Under the pieces are notes generated by a model. It was not told the DNA's origin and made no database searches. It was given only the letters and a program-made list of their open reading frames with translations. Shown here in pieces: positions 36,901 to 47,907 of a stretch of DNA of 64,000 nt. Source of the stretch: Phoronis australis (lineage: Eukaryota > Animalia > Phoronida). Location of the stretch: the NCBI GenBank assembly GCA_002633005.1, contig NMRA01000205.1, positions 297,273 through 361,272 of the forward strand, given 5' to 3'. Position numbers and translations under genes: made by a program. The stretch's first letter is position 1. Each line of letters opens with the position of its first letter.

Positions 36901-39900
36901 GGCACATCGGTAGTCGGAGAGGTCCCAAATTCATCGTCGTCTGTCTTCAACTTCATAGGAATACATCTCCTAAATCTCATCAAGATCTTGTGAGGGGTTT
37001 AGGAGAACAGCTATGGACGCCCAGACAGACATGACGGCAATATGCGACCATACATAAATATGTGGGCGCATAAAAAGCGATGAAAGAAGACAAAAGAATC
37101 GAAGAATAAACATTCTAAGTCACATGTCAACGCATGCTGAGTTACATACATGACAGTTGAAATATCAAAACATCAGCTTCATGTAGCAGTTGCTACGCAG
37201 TCTTCTTACCCGGTCATGAAGACCGAAGGAAATGTCAGTGAAGACCAGTTTAGCGTCATCCTTATCATGTTTATCCAGAGAACTGTCAGCAGAAATGACC
37301 TTGTCGGTGGGCTCACGAGGGGAGAGTACAGGAGGAGGTTGAAGGAAAGGTCTCACACGCTCCATGGCAGCCTCTTGGGCCTGAAAGACAAGCAGAAAAC
37401 TTCAATCTAAAGAATGTGGAATGATGAGCCAACAAAGTTCAAATTTGAACAAATTGCAAGACAATGGCGCAATTTTATTGTGAGGAACGCAGTGTTCACA
37501 GTGCTCTTTCTCAGTGGGGCCATGGTAAGAGTTTTGTTCTTTCTAACAAAGAGAAGCTATAGTCTAACGAGAGTCAAAATTCAAAAGGACCCAGAAACAC
37601 ATTTGTACAAATTGTCAAATTCGAAACTATTTGCTTCAGTCTACAGATTCAATTTTCACGGTGTTAAAGTCCCAAGTTAAAAAGGTAATTTCTTAACACC
37701 AGCTCTTGAATGCTGCAAGTTATACAAACATAATTAACAAGTTATAACTGTTACAATGTTTTACATCTAATTCAAATGAAAACATGACACCACCTGTTGC
37801 AGCTGTCTGTCAGTCAATAGCTTATACTCAGGGACATCTAATGGTTCCCGTTTGGTCTTGAACAATCTATCTACGTAGTGTCTGGTGATCTTTTGTAAAA
37901 TGTCCTGCACTCTGGGCTCAATGAAGAGGAGGCTGGCTCGCTTATTGAAGGCTGGTGATTCTATGATGGCAGAATAAAGACGACATTAAAAGGGTATCGC
38001 AAATGTTTTTTATGAGCATATAGTGGGCTCACTTCCAACTTGGGATAACCGTATCTATTTTCATGGCGTGTCTCACCTCATCCCAACTTTGCAATGGTCA
38101 AAAAGATGAGCACAATCAGTTTTACACGATTGTGGTACAGAGTGCTGCTCATAGTTTGCATTTTTCATTGTGTCATACTGCGATAAACTAAGCCAGAAGT
38201 TGCAGATTTTTGGGACTCTGAAAGCGTTATAATGGGCAAGGTAAGTGTCGGATGACTTCCAGATTTTGCACAGACCCCAACAGTCATTAGCTCTACATGT
38301 AGATATGATGATTTCACGATGATTTGACCAGTAGACTTACCCATGCAGTGTGAAATTTCAAGGTCTATGCGAAGCTAACACACAGTGGTTCATTGCTGTA
38401 TTTTGAAGTTAATCTTCATACAGCTATTTCATTGGCTACTTGTAGACTGTACCACTGTCTGAACAGGGCCATCAGGGTTGGCAAATATGGTGGCCATCCC
38501 TAAGGCCACCACAAGCTAGAAATTATGCATCACACAGGCTAAACCATCAACAAGTCCCTTTCAAGCATAGAAGGGCACCTTTGTAAGTCACCGGTGCCTT
38601 TAGACCCTTCCAGCTCAAACAAATACTTTGGTAATTAAGATTTCTTTTCAATACGTCTCTTAATTCACCAACAATGCCATGGAGGTGAACCTCGATGTGA
38701 TTAAAAAAACTACATGCCATAGACTGTTAAACATGACCAGTTATGTAATAAAAACAGTAAACGACTCTGTTCACAATTTCGTTCATGGCACAAAAGACTG
38801 CTGTTTGGAAAATTTTGATTTTGGGAGTATATGTTCAAGCTACTGGCTCCAAAGGTGTTCATCTACACTCAAAAGGTACGTGGCAATGGTCATTATTCAG
38901 CGAAAGCTGGTCCCAGTAAGCCATTTTGAGGCAGGACCATTTACTATTCAGAAAAAAAATGTGAGCGAGTTGTAAAGATTTTAAGACCCCAACTGCTTCC
39001 AAAGGTGTCCATATAAACTTGAAAGGCACATAAAGTAATGACCTTAATAGTACTCAGCTCTTAAACAGAGATGAAGGTCCACCAGAAGGCTTATCTCCAC
39101 TTGGTGAAATGGATATAAACCAAAAGAATGGGAGGAAAATTCTTGTTCAGTGGGATAATACTACGTAACTATGTTTAGAAAACTGGAAACAGCTTTACCA
39201 GTTACATTTTGCCTCTTTACCTTCCTCTAACAACAATGGATCAAATGAATCATTTGCCATCTTCTACTTCTAGTTCTACCCTTAGTTTTTTTTTTACCTT
39301 ATAACGTCATGAAGTGACCCGAATGCCAGCCAAATAGCCCAATGAATTCTTAAGTTCACCGGTAGATTAAAAGATGCAAATGGCGAAGTGACAAGCCAAA
39401 AGTAAAAATCGAATCTACGAGTGAAAAAGTTCTTTCAAAGCCTGTATGGAAATCAAGCCTTTGCTTTGACAAACTTATAATGCGCCATGTTTTGGGCTAA
39501 AACAATGGGACAATTAGTGAATTAGTAGCTTCAAAAGCGATTGTTACAATGCAATATCTCTGGAAGTATTTTAGGTACAAATGTAAAAAAAAGGTATTTT
39601 TGGAAAGCTCTTGATGAGAGCTTTCTAATGACATCAAAATTAATGGTAAGTTTTGAAAAAAAAAAATTTGTCACGTCCCTATTGACAAAGGCTCGATTTC
39701 CCTGCAGTAATATTCGCTGCATTATTTCTTAAAATAAATGTGTTCACGCGATCGCCATTTCGACGCAAAATTCGAGTCTGATGTGTGTGGCACTTGATTC
39801 CATATTTTCACTGAGCAGACCTCCAACAGTCTTTAACTAAAGTAAGAAAGGTTAGTTTACCGTCCAGGTGTTGGCAAAATTTTCGACGACAGCTGAACAT

Positions 39901-40061
39901 CAATCAAAGTGGGGTTACTATCAGGACCTAATAAAATACGAACCATTTGCAGAATTACTAGAGCAGCATCTGGCGCAGAGATGAGAAATGACGTTTGAAT
40001 TTAGTCTCTTATTTTCTAATAATTTTCTGAGACACATCCATGTCCTCCTGGTCGCCGCCAT
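30915..40061 (-). CDS. MRPS22: Mitochondrial ribosomal protein S22 (mS22), ~343 aa. Exons: 40061-39944, 37960-37794, 37380-37210, 35419-35276, 34434-34351, 33225-33080, 32446-32335, 31004-30915
   Basis: Phase-consistent GT-AG exons (1032 nt). Motifs: F.EPRVQDILQKIT, PEYKLLT..QL, PPVL..REP...V...D, LVFTDISFG..DRDRLIVVREPGG.LR.ASWEER.RMNQIY.P, QFDPDDPEYIR, YDELRSTRHFG, LF.IVHPD, VELALESY. The N-terminus is Arg-rich, like a mitochondrial transit peptide. Confidence 0.93.
33948..34108. repeat. 12-bp minisatellite (TTGACCTCTGNN) arranged as an inverted array
   Basis: About 7 units at 33948-34032 are followed by reverse-complement units (CAGAGGTCAAGA) at ~34049-34108. Confidence 0.85.
35499..37076 (-). 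mobile_element. Second copy of the Helentron-type element, filling most of MRPS22 intron 3
   Basis: The reverse complement begins TTTTTATGCGCCCACATATTTATGT and ends GTGGGTGCATTTGAACGCTCCACATTGCTCTTGTT, with the same internal CCACTAGG(G/A)GGC repeats. Confidence 0.78.
39051..39237 (+). repeat. Interspersed repeat, copy 2 (see 4815-5020)
   Basis: Direct sequence similarity to 4815-5020. Confidence 0.7.
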
Positions 40062-40629
40062 ATTTTTAGTACCCAAACCCAACACAAATGTCGCTGATGT
40101 TAACTTTTGCGCCCTCTTTTGGTAGTAAACTAAATAAACACTTATTTACAGGAAAACGGCATTGATATGTGAATTTGCAAACAACATTCCTTTTGGAATC
40201 CATGTTTGAAACAACTTTCTTACTTTCATTTGTTAAAATCACAGCATTTCTTTAATAAGTTTGACTGTTTTGTTGCTTTTTCGCGCATAGCAACAGGACA
40301 ATTGTAGCAACCAGAGACTGTCGGTAGTTTGTCTAACCTTCCGATATACAAATAGGTCTTAAAATTGCTTTATGACACAATAATGGAAATAAAATTTTAT
40401 TATGTTCCAAAAAATCATATTATTTACGTTTGAAATGGTATTTTACAATGCAAGGATGCATATTCCTAATAGTTTTGACCAATTCTAAAGTTAGAAAGTA
40501 GGTCGCGCATGAATTTGAAAAGTTTTCGATGTGACCAAAGTTGCGGATTAGCTTGGCCAGCAACCAGTCATAAACTTAACTTCTTAGTGGACAGGTGGGA
40601 TTTATACAGTAATTAACAGATTAACCGAC
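40062..40629. promoter_or_regulatory. Bidirectional promoter region MRPS22/CFAP107 with RFX X-box half-sites and a YY1-type motif
   Basis: The two ATGs are divergent and separated by 568 bp. CATAGCAAC at 40286-40294, GTAGCAAC at 40304-40311, CCAGCAAC at 40557-40564. AATATGGCGGC overlaps the MRPS22 ATG. Confidence 0.6.
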
Positions 40630-42628
40630 ATGTCACACGACGATCCTCGCAAATGGCATATGCCTGGTTGGCGAATAGAGCAGCGGTTTGCCCCCGGAGT
40701 GTTGATAGGAAACTGGAGTGAAGAAAGATATAAGGTATGGGATAACTTGTAGGCCTACGTGAAAAATCGGCTTTCGCGCAATTTTCTGCCCGACATGAAA
40801 AGGTGTGCCAAGGGCACTATTCCATAGTAGTAATGGCCATATACAACAGCTAGAACAGTAACCACGACTGTGACCGTTTTGCTCCCAACGTGGATTCTTT
40901 TTTTCTGGTTGATTTTTTGGTTTTACAGTTGAGTAGAATTTGTCGAAAAAAAACTAGGTACAGAGCCCGGGTTATTTGTTCACTTTGTCCGCGGCAAGTA
41001 GGCCCTACATTGCAACTATTTAACTGCACTCTGCAGTATTGGAGTGATAAGATTTTCTGGGATTTTTGTTATTTCAGAGTGATGATGGTTAATTATGTTG
41101 TAATCGAGCTCTGTTTTCATTCATTTCAGTTTGAGAGGGGAACTCATCCCAAACTTTCCACAAACCGAAGAGATTTTAAGACCTATCCTGGAGTTCAGCC
41201 AGATGTTACTGTAAGAAGAAAAGTAAAACTCAGGGATGAGGGTGTCGATAAAACAAGGTTCTTCCACCACCATGGCACGAAATACTCCAATAACATGATC
41301 TCCTGGTATGATGAAAATTTCAACAAACGCGAGAGGGAGCCTCAAGACAGACTGCCTGAACTGAGGACATGGAACAGTCACCGGTTGTCATGGTTACCAG
41401 AAAAATCTGATCATCCAATGAATGGTTAGTTTATGTTTCCTCATAGTTTGCCCAGTAGAAAAAAAATTGTTAAAAGAACACTAGGCTGTTAGCATTTCAC
41501 GAACAAACCACGTACTGGTGAAGTTGAAATTCACCCAGTTCAGCAGCTGGCTAAATGAAAATCAGATTAGCCGGCCTTTCACTTTCAATTTCAAATGATT
41601 TTCTCATGAATTTGGAGGTTTGAAAGAAAGCTCTTTTAGTTTGAAAAATCTTCTAAATCGACAAACTTGATTAATTGATGACTTCATGGGTCACTCAACT
41701 GACAGTGCCTTCTTTGAGACAACATGAGGAATTTTTTGTGATGTGCTTTGATCACACTGGGGAGGTGTTAATTGTGCAGGTCTGGTGCCTGAGTCAGGTT
41801 GGATGGAAATTGTTAAAACAGAGCTTAGTGTTCTTTTAATGTATTCCGAATACATTGAGTCAGCATGAACAATGTGCAAAAATTTGGTTTAACTATGGTA
41901 TCAGAGGAATTACTAGTAACTCAGTCCCAATTAATGCATCCCAGTAACTAGTGTGATTTACTCTTGTAATCAATACTAAATTGGTTATTAGGTTCTGAAC
42001 TAAGTGGCATTACCATGTGTAATACTGTTATTCTGCTTTGACTGATTTAGCTCTTGCAGGAACTGCGATTTACTAATTACCTGGTGTTTCTATGGTTAAA
42101 CCATACTTGAAACTTGCATAAAAAAACTCTGGTGTTTTTTATGTTAAACTAGTATTTTCCATTAGAATCACTGTGCTATTTACCATGTCGAATTATTCTC
42201 AAATAGTGCTTTTGTTTGTATGCATTTTATGTCTTGTTTGCAGCAATTGCAGAAAGATGCACTGCATCGGTTTCAGAAGTCTTGAGACTTTGTTTTAATT
42301 GAAATGTACCAAGACTCTGTGTGCTTTCAACTATATAGCTGACATTTAACGCAATCCGTTTTTCTTCGCAGGTGCCCCTACCAGGTTTGGTTTGTATGAA
42401 AGCTTACAAGAGAAATGGCGAAAAGAACAAGAACAAGATGACATGGCATATACAAGTATTTACTCTGGTGCATTCACCAAGAAAGACATTGAACCAACCC
42501 CGAGATATGCCGTTCCCAGAGAAATGTCAACATTGGTTCACAAATATAATAACCTTAACCAAGACTTGCAGCTACGGAATGTACGAGTTTTAAAGATGCC
42601 AGAAGTGCTGTCAACAGTGCCAAGCTAA
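40630..42628 (+). CDS. CFAP107: Cilia- and flagella-associated protein 107 (C1orf158 homolog), ~218 aa. Exons: 40630-40734, 41130-41424, 42372-42628
   Basis: Phase-consistent exons (657 nt). Motifs PGWRIEQ.F...VLIGNWSEER, ISWYDE.FN, LPELRTWN..RL.WLPEKSD.P...PT.FGLYE.L match the C1orf158 family as recalled. Confidence 0.88.
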
Positions 42629-44687
42629 GCGAGAAAGCAGTGAATGGGAACATTATTTATTAGTCAATAGATGTATAGAGCTGTCGTTGACAGTGATGGT
42701 GATAAAATGGTACAAACTAAGAAGTCAGGAGTGCAGAGATGAATGTTATCATAGTTGTAAATAAACAGTTTAGTCAACCTTCAATTTTGGTAGTTTTATA
42801 TTGAATTTTAAAGCCTTTTCTAAAATGCAACTTTAACTGCTTTCTGATAGCAATGTTATTTTTATTTTAATATTAATACATTTTCTGGCTGAAAATTAAG
42901 CATTTGTCATTGGTTGGTTGTTACCTGCAATGTTCAGACTTCCGAAGGATTTCGCTGATGTTGATAACTTTAGATGCTCAATTTTGTTTAAATATTGTGA
43001 ATTTCCACATTTGAAAAATCTTAGATGTGAACTTGGCAAAAACTTGCAACTTATATTAGCCATGAAATGTTACTGTCATTTATAACTTTTGCACAAAACT
43101 CGACTCGTAGGGTTTGCCACCGGCTTTATTTCAGTGTTATATTATTTTTTATGCATCAATACTTCTGCAATGATGCCTTCTAGCTGCCCAGTTGTGGAGA
43201 GTAATTGACTCTTGATATTACTGTTCTCTAAAACTGCTGATTATTTTGCTCATAATTTTTATCTTCAATTGCTCAAGAAGTACAGTCTGTGCAAATGCCA
43301 TTATTGTCATGAATGTGATTGTCATGAAAGTAGGTGTTTAAAGAGGTGCTTGTACTTGGATGTAAATTGATGTTACATATCAATATACTGTCTATTTTCG
43401 GACTTGTTGTTCTTTTTATGAATAGTTTACAATTATCATCATTGTCACAAGTTTATCAAACTTACAGTACAGGAAAAAAGAAATCAGTCCTTTCCTGTCG
43501 TGGTGACTAACTCTACAACTGTTATTAAAATCTCTTGGTCTATTTACACAGACCTCTTGTCAGAGCGGTTTTAGAAAGTCTTGACTAACACCAAAAATTA
43601 CGGGTCAGAACTATTGCGGTAGCAGAATTTTAATTGTAGAATGGGTTTGGCTAACTCAAACTTTCCCATTAATTCCTCTTCATTCTCGGTCATGAGGGAA
43701 GACTACAGTGACAATTCTGCATCCGCTCAGACGTCACGACAGGAAATTCTGGGCCATTTTGTCCAATACATTTGGCATGTACTGTGCACTTTTCCCTACC
43801 CCTTCAAAGTGTGTAAACATGTTTATATTTTTACCAACAGTTCCTTTACATGGTATGTATACATCAGCTACTACTGAAATGCCTAGATTTCCCATCAGGG
43901 ATCGTGACTTGATTGTCATATTTTTAGTGATGAAAAATGCAATAAGTAAAGCGTTGCATTAAGTTGTTGCATCTCGCCATTTTTACGGCATAAGAGTGTA
44001 TGCCAGTAGCAAATATAAACCCCCTAAATTGAACATTTTGTACACTCGTGAAAATGGCGTTTATTAAACAGTACTTTAAATTACCATCCAAAAAATCTTG
44101 CCAATGTAGGACCGATTGTGTGGGTGCAAGAAATGTATTACTTTCTCATTGCAGAAGACGACTAGCATCAACCATTTTCCAGTTCTGTACAGTAACTACC
44201 ATTGTATGACTATCTAAAAATAGTGGGCATTCTCAGAGCTGAAAGCCCATGAAGATGGCAAAAAGACAATTTTGGCAGTATTTTGGCTGAAATTGAGATA
44301 CATGGACAGCAAATGTTTTCTGGCTGCATGAATTGTGCTAGGCCTGCAGTGCAAATTGCATAGTCAAAATGGCTTGCAATGTGAAGCAAAAGTCATCTGT
44401 GAGAACAAAAACAGCATGAGATGCACTCAGGCTGGTCTAAAGTCCCATTTTTTCTGAAATGTCATTCCTGAGTTAATTTTTGGGGTACAGAATTCTGTTT
44501 TGGACAAATTCATGGTAATCATCCGCTATCACTAAACAAGCCAAAGAAATAAATACACACAATTTTTATAAATAAAACTGTAAATCATACAGTCACATAT
44601 TTCCAAGCACCATATCACATTGTCAAAACACATTCAAATACACGCTGCTTTTCCACTTTATCTGCACTTGGTTGTCAAAGTGATCTG

Positions 44688-44967
44688 GGCTCTGTTTCAT
44701 GAACAGTGACTTACATGTAAGACAGAAACTTGGTCTTACGCTCTCACTTCACAATTACCAAAATGAATAAAGGTTTAGTATTGTAATTATTATCATTGCC
44801 TGGAAATAATTTGTACAAAATTTCAAAATAAGTAGCAGCTATGGATATAATCTCAAGTACTTCGTACTTTTGTTAAGTGAGTTATAATTATAGCTCAGAC
44901 ATACTTTTGAGAAGTCTAAGACCAAATTTCTGTCTTGAGTCTCGAGTCACTCCCACCAGACAGACTC
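44688..44967. mobile_element. MITE with CTG TSD (Harbinger-like family)
   Basis: ctg|GGCTCTGTTTCATGAAC...GTCTTACGCTC ... CAGACTC|ctg; homologous to 45348-45640. Confidence 0.6.
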
Positions 44968-45347
44968 CTGGGAAAAGTTAATGCAATTCTATAACATAGA
45001 CCAGCGACAACCGTGACAAATAAGTATTCAACTAAAACATCACACGATAGATGATAAAAAATTAAAGACCCATACAGTGATGATTCACGATCAAGTCAAA
45101 ACTGCCAACTTAAAGCTGCAATATACACAGTTTGCAGTTAAAGTTCAAGACTCGTCAATGAGTATAAGATTGGTAACTAAAATTGTCGTGTAAAATTAGA
45201 AAACACGGTCCAACTTGTCAAATAGAATAGGAATAAGAAAATGACAACTGTACCACATGCCAAGTGTTAGTATGAACAGTCGTACATATGCTTCGAGAAT
45301 TCTTTAAAGTAAATAATTATTCAGTGTTAAGCCACCCAAAACCCCAG

Positions 45348-45640
45348 GAGGCCTGTTTCGTGAAAGGTAACTTAAGACTTAAGTCAGAAATTCAGTCTTA
45401 CGCTCACATGTCACAATTAGTGAATAAATGTTTAGCCAACTAATTATGAGTGCATCGTATTCTAGAAATAATTTATAGAAACTATCTCAGTAACTACCAG
45501 TCATGTAGATATCATTCTCAGAGACGTTTCATTTGTGCTCAGGTGAGTATTTAATACCTTTTCAGAAATACATGTAGTTGTGTGGAGCGTAAGACCACAT
45601 TTATGACTAAACCTTAAGTCGCTTCTTGTGTAACAGACCC
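45348..45640. mobile_element. MITE with CAG TSD (Harbinger-like family)
   Basis: cag|GAGGCCTGTTTCGTGAAAG...GTCTTACGCTC / GAGCGTAAGAC...TAACAGACCC|cag. Confidence 0.7.
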
Positions 45641-47208
45641 CAGAATCAGAATGTTTTCACATGTTTTTACGCCACAAAAACAACACCTCTGCAATTCACA
45701 ATAGCTCTCATTATAACTAGCACAAACTTGCCTCTTTAACAAAGTTCTTATTACTACAACTTATGACACACATCAGACACCACTTATCTGGCACTTTGCT
45801 TACAAACATGACGAAAGAGTCATCAGTAATGTAGAATTCATATGCTTGTATTTTTTGTGCAATGGGGCAACTTATCGTGGCATGCGCAACATTCGCAAAG
45901 CAAAACATGCTGATGGGGCGCACAAAATGGCTGAAGCTTTTCCATATTGATTTCCTTTTTTACAACTAACCAGAGAACCACACCAACTGGATTGAATAAA
46001 ATAGACTTTAAAATTAGCTAATAAGCTATAAAATACAATTTAAAATTGTGCGCTTGTGATGCAAGACATCTCTCACATTTTATTTGATCACACATTTTTC
46101 TAGTCATGAGGGCATCTTGGAGGCTTGATTTTCTCAACCAAATTTGAACTCTTGTAAAGGATCTTCACAGTAAGCTACCTACTGAAAATGAATCGAGGAA
46201 ATTGCACATTAAAATTTGCACCAATTAACAATTGCATTATCATATTGACATCTCCTGATGCAAAGCATGTAAAACCTCACCAAGTTAGGATGCAATGAAG
46301 CAGACAAATGAGATATTATTTTTCAGATTTTTTAAAGATTGGAAGAATGAAGTTAACGTTTAACATTTTCAAGTTCTGTATCTTACCCACAAGGCAATAT
46401 TTTTAAAAATTGTGGCATCAACAACAATGTTAGAGCCCATTTAATGAAAAACAGGCAGTTTTGCCAATGTTTTCGTCTGAAATTGGTGACAATTGTGCCA
46501 TACATAATGCTTCTAAACCATATAACAAAGCTAAACACGTCAAAAAGCATCACAAGTTAGGTAATGGTAAATGGTATAAAATTCACGAAATACGCAAAGC
46601 AAATAAATACCACTGCTTCAATCACACCTGACTTAATCACGAGGAATTAAATCTGTCCACTCTTCAAGGTGAACATTCCTACGTTGCCTATGTCAAAACA
46701 ATGCGAAGCTAAGAGCAAAACAATACTAATTTACAATTTTAATTAGGAACTAGGAACAAAATCCTAACAATATTCAATAGGACCAGGCTCAAATAACAGA
46801 ACAGAATTAATTTTAATTTTAATAATATTTAAATTTATAGTGGGTTCAAGAAAATATATTATGGCAGTCATCAAATGGCACAAAAGCCAAAAAAGTAACA
46901 ATTGCTTTTCAACACAATGTTGTAAATGGTTCACTCGTGTGTAAAAATACTGCATATTACTGAAGTTCGAAATGAGTCTTCTGTATCTAATCACATTTTT
47001 TGTTAAGTGTGTCACACACATTGATTCTCAACCAACCCAACACAAAAGCAAATAAGCAGAACAGTGACTCAACAAGTAAGTCACACTCTTTTGACATTTC
47101 AGTAAAAAACATTTCAATACTACCTAACATTTTTTTTACATCCACCTTATGTAAGCAGCCTTTAAGTTTTCCAAGAAAAACAGAACATAATCCAGTGTCA
47201 TGCCCATA

Positions 47209-47356
47209 GATGATGTCATACCCAACAATGATGACATAGTTACATACATGTATCTATGATACTATTGCCCTGTCAAGTGTACTAAATGATGTCATATCCA
47301 TTGATAGTATCATACCAACAGACAATGTCACGTCTACTGATGATGTCACATCCACT
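47209..47356. repeat. Degenerate 18-bp tandem repeat (GATGATGTCACATCCACT-like) downstream of the SLC12A9 stop
   Basis: Recurring GATGATGTCA/GACAATGTCA units at ~18-bp period. Confidence 0.55.
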
Positions 47357-47907
47357 AGCCATACCCAGTTTCTCGCCTTAATTCAAATACTTTTTTAACT
47401 TATTAAGTTATTCTAATCTTACTAAAGGACAAGAAAGGGTATCAACAATGAAACAATTGCTCATTCTTCACATAATTTTGTAACATGAACTTGCTCATTG
47501 ACGGAACAATTGTTGAATACTGATCACGTTCTTGTGTTATAAACTATGACTGAGAAACACTTCATATATGCGATGCTCATTAAAATCAAAAAATCAAAAC
47601 ACAATTTCAAAATTCAAGTCATCGCTGTCCTTTAACTACTTAACGTACATCAAAGAACAGAGACTACAATATTTTAATTTTACTAATTGTATAGTCTTGA
47701 TTTTTTATTTCAGTAAGTGTGAAGATTGTTATTCAACGTTGATCTGAACAAAGACCAAACGGCGATAAATATTGATAATACATGCAAAATGAAAGAACGA
47801 ATCGATTAATCAACAAACTGTACTTACTCATTAAACCTGTTGTGCTAATGTTTCAGATTTAAAACTCACCTCCACAGCCTAAAAATCATTTATGCTTAGG
47901 ACCTACG

